A DNA stretch of 64,000 nt from Candidatus Bathyarchaeota archaeon (lineage in GTDB: Archaea > Thermoproteota > Bathyarchaeia > Bathyarchaeales > Bathycorpusculaceae), in contig CAWABA010000006.1 of assembly GCA_963780185.1 (NCBI GenBank), forward strand, positions 320,001-384,000. Direction: 5' to 3'. The position numbers were made by a program, and so were the translations under genes. Below the pieces are notes generated by a model. The model was not told the origin of the DNA, did no database searches, and was given only the letters and a program-made list of their open reading frames with translations. This document shows, piece by piece, positions 54,578-64,000 of this stretch; within the stretch, counting starts at the first letter, position 1, and every line of letters begins with the position of its first letter.

Positions 54578-55128
54578 CCAGCCAAAATCGACTTCGCAGA
54601 TTCCGCGTACGTTTGGAAGTCGCCTTCAGAAAACAAAACCAAAATAACCTTTTCAAGCTTGTCTTCTTTTTCCAGAAAAGCCTTCACCGTTTTCACAGCA
54701 ACGCGGCTGGCTTCTTCAATAGGGTAACCGTACGCCCCCGTGCTGATGGATGGAAAAGCGATTGTTTTGAGACCTTTTGCAGTGGCAAGCTTCAGCGAGT
54801 TTCTGTATGCTTGCTTGAGCAGCTCAGATTCAACATGGAAGCCGCCAAGCCAAACAGGCCCAACCGTGTGAATCACATGCTTAGCCTTTAAGTTGCCGCC
54901 TGACGTTATAACGGCTTTCCCAGTTGGAAGACCCTCAGGCCACTCCGTCTCCCTAATCCGCCTGCATTCCTCATCGATTTGAGGTCCGCCTCTGCGGTGT
55001 ATTGCGCCGTCCACTCCGCCCCCTCCCATCAACGACGAATTCGCCGCATTCACAATCGCGTCTGCCTCAACATCCGTTATGTCTCCTCGGATTATCTGCA
55101 AGACAGCGTTTCCAACTTTAAACTCCAT
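54574..55128 (-). CDS. Macro-domain O-acetyl-ADP-ribose deacetylase (YmdB-like)
   Basis: GDIT, AIVNAANSSLMGGGGVDGAIH, VIHTVGP and FPSISTGAYGYP motifs. Confidence 0.93.
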   Translation of the reverse strand: MEFKVGNAVLQIIRGDITDVEADAIVNAANSSLMGGGGVDGAIHRRGGPQIDEECRRIRETEWPEGLPTGKAVITSGGNLKAKHVIHTVGPVWLGGFHVESELLKQAYRNSLKLATAKGLKTIAFPSISTGAYGYPIEEASRVAVKTVKAFLEKEDKLEKVILVLFSEGDFQTYAESAKSILAG

Positions 55129-55158
55129 AACTATCAGTAACCCTCAAATGCTATATAA

Positions 55159-55863
55159 CTATGCAAGGATCGCCCACAGCGCAGAACCCACAAAGTAAGC
55201 TCCGAAGCCGATGAAGACAGCCACGCAGAAAAGCGTTATCCCCCTCCTCACCTGCTGATTCCAACGTTGAGACCACAGCTGCTGAGACCTAAAAATCCCC
55301 AACGCTATAACAGTGTAAAAAGAGAAATCGCAAAGCCAATGCACCCCCGCAAACAGGGAAAAGCCAATTATGCCGAACAGTTGAGCGTTAAGAATCAAGG
55401 TTGTGCCGATGGTCAGCCACCAAAGGATGAAACCAGCGTTCACGGCAGTTGTGTAAACGCCTGCGAGAATCGAATCCCGATTGGAACTCACAAATGCATC
55501 GTCGGCTTTGTTTCGGTTCCTAAACGTTTGAGTACCCATCAAAACCATCAAGGAGCCGCCGACTAACCCGACGGCAATTTGGATAAAGCTCGGAATCTTA
55601 AATTGCCTTAAGACGAAAAAGATGGCAAACATCAAAGGAAACTCGACGATTCCGTGGCCAATCGCAACCAATGCGCCTGCAGCCTTTCGTTTTGTTGCTT
55701 TCTGAATGGTGACGGCGAACAAGGGTCCAGGCATCAGAACACCCGAAAGCGAAATCAGTACGACTGAGGCAAAGAACAGGTATTCGTAGTGATAAACGCC
55801 GTGGCTGAGAAAAACCTCCTTTACTTCTTCGCACCCCTGGTTATCAGGAGAACCCGTGACCAT
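55159..55863 (-). CDS. LysE-family exporter (true start probably downstream of 55863)
   Basis: SLSGVLMPGPL, GHGIVE and N..FILWWLTIG motifs; HWLCD. Confidence 0.85.
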   Translation of the reverse strand: MVTGSPDNQGCEEVKEVFLSHGVYHYEYLFFASVVLISLSGVLMPGPLFAVTIQKATKRKAAGALVAIGHGIVEFPLMFAIFFVLRQFKIPSFIQIAVGLVGGSLMVLMGTQTFRNRNKADDAFVSSNRDSILAGVYTTAVNAGFILWWLTIGTTLILNAQLFGIIGFSLFAGVHWLCDFSFYTVIALGIFRSQQLWSQRWNQQVRRGITLFCVAVFIGFGAYFVGSALWAILA

Positions 55864-56438
55864 CGCAATGGCTGCTGCTGAAGCTCCACAGTTAACCCCG
55901 CTTGGGTAAACATGTCTCGTATCTCGGCTGGGCTGTTATACCTAAAGTTTCTAACAAAAGCTGACATCCAACGCGGTATAACAATGTCTGCCAGCAAGAA
56001 TCTTCCCTGAGGTCTCAAAACACGGGCAACTTCACTGATTCCTTTGGCTTGATCTGCCCAGTGATGAAATGACAGCGTGCTAAAGGCAAGGTCAACCGAG
56101 GCTTCAGGCAGAGGCAAAAATTCAGCCATAGCAACATGAAATTCTGCCTCTGGAAACAACTGAGTTGCTTGATCTATCATCTTCTCAGCTGCGTCAACAC
56201 CCACTAACCTTGCATTGGGCCACTGCTGCTTTGCCTTTCTAAGTAATCGACCCGTGCCGCAGCCAACGTCCATAACGACTTCTGGGTTACATTGGTCCTT
56301 GGCTAATTGTAGAACTCTTCTCTGAACCCTGTCAAAAAAGTAGCCCTGACTACTTGCAGTTTCATAGGTTGCCGCCCTGCGATTGAAACGTTCCACATCA
56401 GCCTCTTTACTCATGTATCCCCCTGCCTTTGTTTCCAT
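55821..56438 (-). CDS. Class I SAM-dependent methyltransferase
   Basis: MDVGCGTG, GVD, SFHHWAD and RVLRPQG motifs. Confidence 0.9.
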   Translation of the reverse strand: METKAGGYMSKEADVERFNRRAATYETASSQGYFFDRVQRRVLQLAKDQCNPEVVMDVGCGTGRLLRKAKQQWPNARLVGVDAAEKMIDQATQLFPEAEFHVAMAEFLPLPEASVDLAFSTLSFHHWADQAKGISEVARVLRPQGRFLLADIVIPRWMSAFVRNFRYNSPAEIRDMFTQAGLTVELQQQPLRWSRVLLITRGAKK

Positions 56439-56773
56439 GACAATCGAGCATTAATTGGTTAACCTGTTTAAGCGCAGGTAGTTAATAGCTATTTTTCGGC
56501 TTAAAGCAGTTTTAAAATTTCAATCTCACCTTTTGAAGGTAACTATTTTCTCAGAGATGTGATTAACGTGTATTTAGGCTTAATTCTGTATAAGGGCGTT
56601 AGGTCTTTATGGGGCAATTGAGCGATTTGTGTTCGCAATGCCTAAATTCTTCTTAAACACTAGTGTATCACCAGTGACATAACTTCCTAATCGGGTCGAT
56701 GTGTCACCAGATTTCCTTTCGCCGCCTTAGAGTGGTGTTAGACGTTATTTTGATTGATAAAGAGTGAGTTTGG

Positions 56774-57364
56774 ATGGTTCTCGATAAGTTGTGGACAGAG
56801 GATGAAGTTAATGATCTTAGAGCGATGTGTAGCCAGGGTAAAAATCTTGAAGAGATGGCTGAGCACTTTCATAGAAGCCAAGAGGGCGTTAGACTTAAGC
56901 TCTATCGTCTAGGTTTTGTAGTCTCCGCGGAAACAATTGTGTCATCATCTTCATCATCAACAACAAGCTGTGAAACCGTTAAATCCGCTGAACAAAGGCA
57001 AAATGATCTGTGCTCGAATGCTTCTGCTTTAATAACGAGGGGACTTGAACCCATCAAGCCAGCTGAACAACTTATAACTGTTGAAGACGATGCAAAAATG
57101 ACGCTTGGATGCATCCAGCGGTTAAACGAAAAAGGCTTAACCGCACTCGATATCCGACGCATAAAATTGATGATACCCGCATTAAAAAGCTACATCATCT
57201 TGCAAACTGACTATATCCAGAAGTTGGCAATGGTTGAACGACACGTTGCAGAGTTGGATAGGGTTGTGCTTGCCCAGTTAGAGGACAAAGTTGCTAAAGC
57301 GCAAACCGACCAAGAGCGCAAGGTTTGGGAAGAGCAAGTTGATGCTTTGAAAGAAAAAATGTAA
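56774..57364 (+). CDS. HTH/Myb-like protein with coiled coil, possible terminase small subunit
   Basis: WTEDEVNDLRAM...LEEMAEHFHRSQEGVRLKLYRLG; directly upstream of terL. Confidence 0.6.
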   Translation: MVLDKLWTEDEVNDLRAMCSQGKNLEEMAEHFHRSQEGVRLKLYRLGFVVSAETIVSSSSSSTTSCETVKSAEQRQNDLCSNASALITRGLEPIKPAEQLITVEDDAKMTLGCIQRLNEKGLTALDIRRIKLMIPALKSYIILQTDYIQKLAMVERHVAELDRVVLAQLEDKVAKAQTDQERKVWEEQVDALKEKM

Positions 57365-57409
57365 GCAAAGCGCTGTTTTCAGGGAAAGGCAAGATTAGAG
57401 GGGCGAAGT

Positions 57410-58804
57410 TTGGGACGCAGATTGGAAAATTTGCCACTTTGGCGGGGTCACAAGTATCGACGGGCTTTTAGGAGGCTTCCGCAAATCGATAAAGCAATCA
57501 GGCGACTGCAAGTTCAAGAAGCCATCGAAATCAAGGGTCCCGTGGATTTTGCAGAGAAAATCTTGGATACAAAGCCTTTCCTGTATCAGGCTGCCCTGCT
57601 TGAAGACTCAAGTAAACGAATCGTCGCCTGCATGGGTCGCCAAACAGGCAAAACCACAACCATAGCCCTAAAAGCCATCTACTTTGCCCACGCCAACAAG
57701 GGCGTCACCGTTCTAATTACGAGTCCCTCGCTGCGGCAATCAGTGATAATGTTCGACCACATCATGTCTTTTGTCTACTCCAGCTTTTACCTCCGCAGCA
57801 AAATCCTTAGGGCAACGGGAACGCTCATCCAGTTTGATAACAAAAGTAAAATAATCGCCTTGCCATGCTCCGAGCACCTGCTAAGAGGCTACACGGCAAA
57901 CATGATTATTCTGGATGAAGCCTCATGGATCCCCGAAAAAGTCATCACCCAAATTCTCTTCCCAATGCTAACAACAACCGACGGCTACGCAATACTTCTA
58001 AGCACACCTTGGGACAAAAACCATTTCTTCTACCGAGCCTTCGTAAACCCCGCCTATAGCGTGCACAAAGTAAAATCCAGCGAGTGCCCACTCGTAACCC
58101 AGCATATTCTGGATGAAAACCGCCAAAACATGACCCAGGAAGAGTACCTCATGGAGTACGAAGCCGAATTCGTCGAAGCTCTCAACAGCTATTTCTCGCA
58201 GGCACTTATTCGTTCATCGGTTGAGTTAGCCCAAAAGCTCGGCGTTGAGCTTCACAACAACCTTGAAGGTTCCATTCCAAGCGGAGACTACTACGCGGGC
58301 TTAGACTTCGGTAAATTGCAAGATTACAGCGTCCTCACCGTTTTGAAACGGGAAAGCGAAACCCTCAAACTCGTTTACATGTATCAATTCCCACTCGAAA
58401 CCCCATACACGCAGGTAATTGGGCACCTGATAAGAGCCAACCAAAAATTTCAGTTCAGAAACGTGCTGGTTGATCAAACGGGCGTGGGTGAGCCTGTGCT
58501 TGAGGAGATTCGCAACCAAGGCTTGAGAGTTGCCGATGGTCTTACGTTCACTTTGCAGTCGAAAGAGGAGCTGCTTACGGGACTGAAAATGGCTTTGGAG
58601 CAGAACCGCTTAGCGATCCCGTACGATAGGTTGCTTTGCCAGCAGATCAATGAGCAACAGTACGGGTACAGCAAAAGCGAGCACCTGCAATTCAACCATC
58701 CACAACACTGTCACGACGACATGCTATGGGCACTAGCTTTGGCAACCGCAGTAACGATGCGAACGCCTCCACCTGGCAAAGGCGCTATGATGCTTCCACA
58801 TTGA
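57410..58804 (+). CDS. Phage terminase large subunit (Terminase_6 type)
   Basis: GRQTGKT Walker A, IILDEA Walker B, LSTP coupling motif, EYEAEF, GLDFG, VDQTGVG and HDDMLWALALA nuclease motifs. Confidence 0.92.
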   Translation: MGRRLENLPLWRGHKYRRAFRRLPQIDKAIRRLQVQEAIEIKGPVDFAEKILDTKPFLYQAALLEDSSKRIVACMGRQTGKTTTIALKAIYFAHANKGVTVLITSPSLRQSVIMFDHIMSFVYSSFYLRSKILRATGTLIQFDNKSKIIALPCSEHLLRGYTANMIILDEASWIPEKVITQILFPMLTTTDGYAILLSTPWDKNHFFYRAFVNPAYSVHKVKSSECPLVTQHILDENRQNMTQEEYLMEYEAEFVEALNSYFSQALIRSSVELAQKLGVELHNNLEGSIPSGDYYAGLDFGKLQDYSVLTVLKRESETLKLVYMYQFPLETPYTQVIGHLIRANQKFQFRNVLVDQTGVGEPVLEEIRNQGLRVADGLTFTLQSKEELLTGLKMALEQNRLAIPYDRLLCQQINEQQYGYSKSEHLQFNHPQHCHDDMLWALALATAVTMRTPPPGKGAMMLPH

Positions 58805-59182
58805 AAGAACGAAACGAAGTCTCCCCAACTATTCAATAACTCTGAATGCTAAACATAGCATCAACGATGTGATAACCCCAAGGTTACACTACAATAACCA
58901 ATCAATTAAAAGTTGATTTCGAAAATGCAAGCAATCCCTAAAAAGTTGAGTTTGTTTATAACATCGGACTTTTTTTCGTTTTGCCCGTTTACACGAAAGT
59001 TACTGAGACATGAAAATGGTTTAAGTCGTTTATAAAAAGAGTGGAATTTTTTACTTTATTTCAACACTTAGCGGGTATTTTATTGAGCCTTTTTTTAAAG
59101 CAGTGTAAGAAATTTCATTTTAAGTCTCTTCTGTTTTACCTTTAAGTTTTGCTATCGCAATGCTAACATTTAATTGATTTTT

Positions 59183-59698
59183 TTAGCAAAGGTTTTTTCT
59201 TCTGCTATAACTTCCGCGTGCTTTTTCTTTTCCTAAGCTTAATGTAACTAGTTCCATTGTTCTCAGGATATCATCTCTTGAGCCACAAGTCGGTTTTGTA
59301 TTTATGAGAGCACTGATAATACCCATTAAGCTCTGAATTTCTATTTTGTAGTCTCTCCGAGCAATTTCATATACTCTATCTTCGATATTCCATACAAAAA
59401 GAATCTTGGTATAAGGTTGGTTACTAAAAACTTCGTTAATAACTTGCTTAACGAATTGATTCTCAAATTTGTGTTTTTGATAGTAGTCTAAACTGTTTTT
59501 GACGTTTGAAAATTTTGCTTTGCTTGTAAGTTTAGAAGTGGTGTGAATACTTGACTCAACATGATAACGCTCTAACGTTTTTGGGTCAATGGCTAAGAGG
59601 TCAATCTCAAATTTGCGTTCACACTTTATATTGGTCATCGTAAAACAATGAAGAATCTCTTGGAAATATTTCTCTATTATGTGAACTTCTGGTTCCAT
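59183..59698 (-). CDS. PD-(D/E)xK nuclease-like protein
   Basis: FEIDLLAID...HVESS motif; AT-rich coding. Confidence 0.55.
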   Translation of the reverse strand: MEPEVHIIEKYFQEILHCFTMTNIKCERKFEIDLLAIDPKTLERYHVESSIHTTSKLTSKAKFSNVKNSLDYYQKHKFENQFVKQVINEVFSNQPYTKILFVWNIEDRVYEIARRDYKIEIQSLMGIISALINTKPTCGSRDDILRTMELVTLSLGKEKARGSYSRRKNLC

Positions 59699-60033
59699 AT
59701 GAATTACCCAGAAGTATCACAAGCTCTTTTTGCTTTTAGTTTTTGCTCTCCTGCTAATTTCCGTCAAAGCCCATTCGATGTATTTCGATAAAAGTCAATA
59801 AAAACCAGTTTGCGCTTCCAACGGGAGGTTTATTGTAATTTCTGCTCATTTAGGTCAGAAAAGAAATTATTAACTCCTTCCCGAATTGTCGCGGACATAC
59901 TTCAAGTGGCTTAGATGAACCTTGGCGTTCTTTTTAAAGAAGAAAACAATAGAATGGGAAAAGAAGCCCAAAATTTTTCAGCAAAAAAATCATTATAGCT
60001 GATAATTCTTGTGAGCCTCCAAAGGATATTTTA

Positions 60034-60592
60034 TTAGCCGCATTTTTTGCCTTTGAAAAGTCTTGTCTGCATCTCCACGATTTCAGCGCTATCTTTCGCC
60101 GTGACGTAGTTGTCAAGCAGCATGCCGTTTAACTCGAAAAAACGTGTGTCCCCACGTGAAAATCGACAAAAGCTCCTCCGACTCCTCTTTGAATCCTGCT
60201 ATATAGAGGGCTGCAGCGATGGCTTCTGCCGTTGTAAGCTTCGTTAGTTTGCCGAAGTTGACTGGGTTGCCTGCGATAAGGATGGGTAGGCATCGGCTGG
60301 TTCCTTTAACGTGTTTTCCCATAACTTTCTGGGCATGCTCCCAGCTACAATCCAATGCGGCCAACCCAAACTGCGAAAGCCTCTCCCTGTCTGCAGGAGA
60401 AAACGCGATTTCGCCAAAAGGATTCAGCACGATGGCTCGCTTTGGCAGAAACCTTGCTTTGGTAACTATCCTTGCGTAGCCTCGACGTTTAAGTCGCAGG
60501 GCAGTGTTTTTTTTAGGGTCATCCTGTGCCGCATGGTAAATGGTTATCCTCACTGGCAAAGCGGGCTTTGGAGGTTCCGGGTCAGGTTCCAA
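60034..60592 (-). CDS. tsr3: rRNA aminocarboxypropyltransferase Tsr3 (DUF367; frameshift near 60137)
   Basis: QDDPKKNTA, LDCSW, LPILIAGNPVNFGK..KLTTAEA and FTWGHTF motifs; the corrected frame continues ELN... Confidence 0.9.
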
Positions 60593-62118
60593 GTTGATTG
60601 CGCACCTTTACGTGACTCATCGGGTCATCAAAAACCTTCGGGATCCAATCAATAATGTCCGTCGCCACCATGTGAAAGCCAAGTTCGCTTGCGGCAAAAT
60701 CGCCTGCTGCCCCGTTGACGAAGGCTCCAGCCGCCGCAGCTTCAAACGGGTCAACACTCTGAGCCATTAAACCGCTGACGATGCCGCTGAGAACATCACC
60801 TGTGCCGCCCACAGTCATACCTGGGTTCCCCGTGAAATTCAACTTGATGCGTTCGGGACTGCAAATGTAGTCGACCTTGCCTTTCACAAGCACAACGGCG
60901 CCAAGTTTCATCGCAGTTTTTTGAATTGCCAAGGCGCGTTCTTCTTGGTTTTCAGGCAAAGTTTCACCTGTGAGTATCGTGTATTCGCCAGCGTGAGGCG
61001 TAAGAACAAGCGGCACCTTTAGGGGTCTTTTGAACTTGGCAAATGCCTTAAGTCCATCGGCGTCTAAAAGCAAAGGTTTCCCAGCCTTCTCAACCTCTTC
61101 CACGCAGAGCTTCACGAACTCGGCAGTTTCCGACTTCAAACCTAAACCGGGACCCAACGCAACCGCGTTAACCATGCCCAAGTACGGCTTGAGCGTTTCC
61201 ATGTTGCTTGGCTTCAGGCTGGTGCCTTCAAGCTTTACCGTTATCAAGTCAGGAGACATTGAGGAAATCGCGTAAGCTGTCTGCGTGGGCGCTGCAAGAT
61301 AAACAATGTCGACTCCAGTGCGCATGGCGCCCAGCGAAACCAAGGTGGGGGCTCCCGAATACACTTCGCTTCCGCCGATGACGAGCAGCCGCCCAAAATC
61401 GCCCTTGTGAGCTGTGGGGCTACGCGGAACCTTCGCAAGGTAAACGTCGCCTGGACCCGTGTACCCTTCCATCTCCATGGGCAAGCCAATTGGTTTCACC
61501 ACGAGTTCGCCGACGTATTTTTTGGCTTTTTCCAACCCTGGCTTTGACCTGTGGAAAGTGACGGTTAAATCGGCTTTAACCGCGGCGCCCAAGACTTCGC
61601 CAGTATCCGAATCTATACCCGTCGGCACATCCACTGCGATTTTGAAAGCCTCCGAAGTCGTTGATGCAGTCAACTATCTGGCTTATCGGCGGCTTAATTT
61701 TTCCTTTGGTGCCCGTTCCCAGCAAAGCGTCAATGATTACGTCGGCGGATACTTGTGGAATAGCTGAACTGTCAGTCACTTCAATGAAGGCAATTTTGTC
61801 CTGCATTGACTCAAGGATAGCATAGTTTCTTCGGGCTGCCTCATGGTTGACGTCCCTGCTTCTGCCTGCAAGAACAACAGCTACTTTGTAGCCAGCTGAC
61901 AAAAGATGCCGTGCTACGACAAATCCGTCGCCTCCGTTTCCGCCTAAACCGCAGAAAACAGCCACCTTTTTGCCTTCGGGAAACCGTGCAGTCACTTCTT
62001 GGGCAACGCTGCCTCCAGCGTTCTCCATTAGCTGAAGCAGGCTTACGCCGTAGTATTCAGCGTTGGCTTCCAGGGCTCGCATTTCCCTGCTTGTAATCGG
62101 CTTGTTTTTGGTACGCAT
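60582..62118 (-). CDS. nnr: Bifunctional NAD(P)H-hydrate epimerase/dehydratase (frameshift near 61670)
   Basis: LMENAG, GNGGDG, DALLGTG, VDVPTG, HKGDFG, GPGLG, LDADGL, LTPHAGE and GGTGDVL motifs. Confidence 0.92.
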
Positions 62119-62331
62119 TTTGACGCCACTAAGGTATTTGAGTGCAAATTAAAAGATAAGGCTTGCTAAACCGTATACAAAAGCATCACCAAAACACATA
62201 AAAAACCTGAAAACTCAACGCTGACGCCTGTGCCCTCCAAATTTTGAAGGGCTGAAGGGTTCGCAAAAGGTTTATCCAATAGTTTCACGCTAGATAATTT
62301 AATTCTAAAAAAATGTTTTAAAACAGCCATT

Positions 62332-63075
62332 ATGAGGTATGTGTGTTTGAACAAAACCTACAGCATAACAAGTTCCGATGCCCTTTTGATAACAGACATC
62401 CAAAACGATTTTCTCCCCGGCGGAGCCCTGCCTGTTCCCGGAGGCGACGAAATTATTCCCGTCTTAAACGAGTTTGCAAGGGTTTTTGCCGACGCCAAAG
62501 CCTACGTTTTTGCTTCCCGAGATTGGCATCCTGCGAATCATTGCTCGTTTAAGCAGCAGGGCGGTCCTTGGCCCGCGCATTGTGTGCAAGACACGAAAGG
62601 CGCAAACTTCAGCCCCATACTTAAACTGCCCAAAAACGCAGTTGTCGTGTTCAAAGCCACGGATCCAATGCGGGAAAGCTACTCGGTTTTTGACGGAAGC
62701 ACCTTCGCCAAGGAACTCAAAGAACGCAAAATACAACGTCTATTCGTGGGCGGACTTGCAACGGACTACTGCGTTTTGAACACGGTTCTTGACGCTCGCA
62801 AACTTGGCTATGAAACGGTGGTTCTTATGGATGCAACCCGAGGCATTGACACGGCTCCTGGAGATGTTGATAGAGCTGTGGAGTCGATGCTTAAATGTGG
62901 CGCTTTGCAGGCGACAACCGCTGACTTTCCAGATGGAGTTGAAACTTTGTCGGTGGATGAGACTGAAGCTGATGCTATGGGAGACAAGCCTACTGATAGA
63001 GCTGTTGTGAATAGGAAGGCTCGAATGCGATCGCGTGGGTCCTCAAAGAGGCTTCCGACTGAGCGGAAAGGCTGA
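62332..63075 (+). CDS. pncA: Nicotinamidase/pyrazinamidase
   Basis: DIQNDFLPGGAL, SRDWHP..H.SF, WPAHCVQ.T.GA and GLATDYCV motifs. Confidence 0.92.
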   Translation: MRYVCLNKTYSITSSDALLITDIQNDFLPGGALPVPGGDEIIPVLNEFARVFADAKAYVFASRDWHPANHCSFKQQGGPWPAHCVQDTKGANFSPILKLPKNAVVVFKATDPMRESYSVFDGSTFAKELKERKIQRLFVGGLATDYCVLNTVLDARKLGYETVVLMDATRGIDTAPGDVDRAVESMLKCGALQATTADFPDGVETLSVDETEADAMGDKPTDRAVVNRKARMRSRGSSKRLPTERKG

Positions 63076-63634
63076 TTTTCTTCGAACTGCATCGAACCTT
63101 AAATAACCATAGTGCAGAATTCTGCACAACAACGCTAGATTCGGCCTCGACCAGAGGGTTAATCTGAAAGCGGAGCAAACATGGGTTAACTCTAATCCAA
63201 AAGACGCAGCAAATGCTTTGCTAAAGTTTGAAAACGGGAAAAAACGTCTGCATTTAACTCCGCTTCAGCAGTCAGTCAGGAAAGGGCACAAACAATGGTT
63301 GGTTTAGACGCCAAAAACGTGGCAGGAGTCCTGATAACGCTTCCAAACGGCAGCTCTTTGTCTGTTTTTTGATTGACTGAGAAATGCCTTTTCGCCAGTG
63401 TACGCTCACTGCGGTAACCTTTTTTCTCAAACATGTTTCCGAAAAATTCTCGAATGGTAAATATTTACATTAAATAGTTAAATAATTGGAGGCTGAACGC
63501 TACTCAATTAACATTAAATGATTAAAAACGCATGAACAGGAGTCTTTTTCAAAGCATACGGCGGGCGAACAAAGCAGAAACGTTGGAATTGGCGCATCAG
63601 CCGGAATTAATCGTAGAGACGCCTTGTCCCGAGC

Positions 63635-64000
63635 TTATTGTTCGCCTATGACTTGGATGATGATTGTTCTTTTGCGCGGATAAACGTCGGTTTCCACAAA
63701 GAACAGCGACTGCCAGGTTCCAAACGTGACTTGCCCGTTAACTATCGGCAGAGTCTTGTCAGGCGGAAGCAGCATGGACCGCAAATGCGAATGGGCGTTG
63801 GAGGGGTGCTGGTAGGTTTTGTTTTTCGGTGCAAGTTCTTCGAGCTACTCTTTGATGTCGTTTAGCAAGGCGTCGTCGTTTTCTGTCAGAATTAGTATGC
63901 CTGTGGCGTGTGGGGCAAACACGTGGACAACCCCGTTTCTTACGCCTGACGCAAAGACTTCTTCCTGAACTTTTTCAGACAAATCGACGAAGTCTATTTC
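63635..64000 (-). CDS. yjbQ: YjbQ/UPF0047 protein, 5'-truncated by the window, with an in-frame TAG at 63845-63847
   Basis: Manual translation: ...VFAPHATGILILTEND...IKE*LEELAP...NAHSHLRS...FGTWQSLFFVETD...VIGEQ*. Confidence 0.8.

Noticed and set aside
56660-56712. TATCAC/GTGACA repeats upstream of the terminase module as a TrmB (TGM) site
   Set aside because: Spacing does not match TATCAC-N5-GTGATA and there is no second supporting site

Overview
Archaeal genomic window, most consistent with Bathyarchaeia (inferred from gene content: PEF-CTERM protein, archaeal class III pilins, TrmB, Tsr3, AbrB-PhoU). Many genes carry single-base frameshifts, densest at 12.5-20.4 kb, which look like long-read consensus errors. 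Layout: (1) 0-14.8 kb Mo/W-cofactor region with fdhD, moeA, mobA, two mobB, modABC and an HTH-only ModE. Embedded in it are three membrane-anchored proteins made of sulfite-oxidase-fold domains that lack the Mo-ligating Cys, an ECF S-component and a secreted metallophosphoesterase. Four copies of a 24-bp ModE-like palindrome (CGATRTKA-N8-TMAYATCG) sit directly upstream of these genes and of modA. This is the best candidate for an undescribed system, a putative molybdopterin/Moco scavenging and uptake regulon. (2) nfnAB and AbrB-PhoU. (3) A dsrE-tusA-double-cubane protein-selD run with a selenium-associated-type LysR, separated from it by a small toxin-antitoxin island that also holds an unannotated 55-aa zinc-finger microprotein. 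(4) A 25.6-38.9 kb glycan-modification cluster (two radical SAMs, DUF362, two GT2, two GT-C sharing an unusual membrane domain). (5) A type IV pilus locus with tandem pilins, followed by TrmB. (6) Housekeeping genes (mtnP, apt, macro domain, tsr3, nnr, pncA, yjbQ) interrupted by an orphan HTH + terminase large subunit module. No rRNA, tRNA or CRISPR array was recognised.
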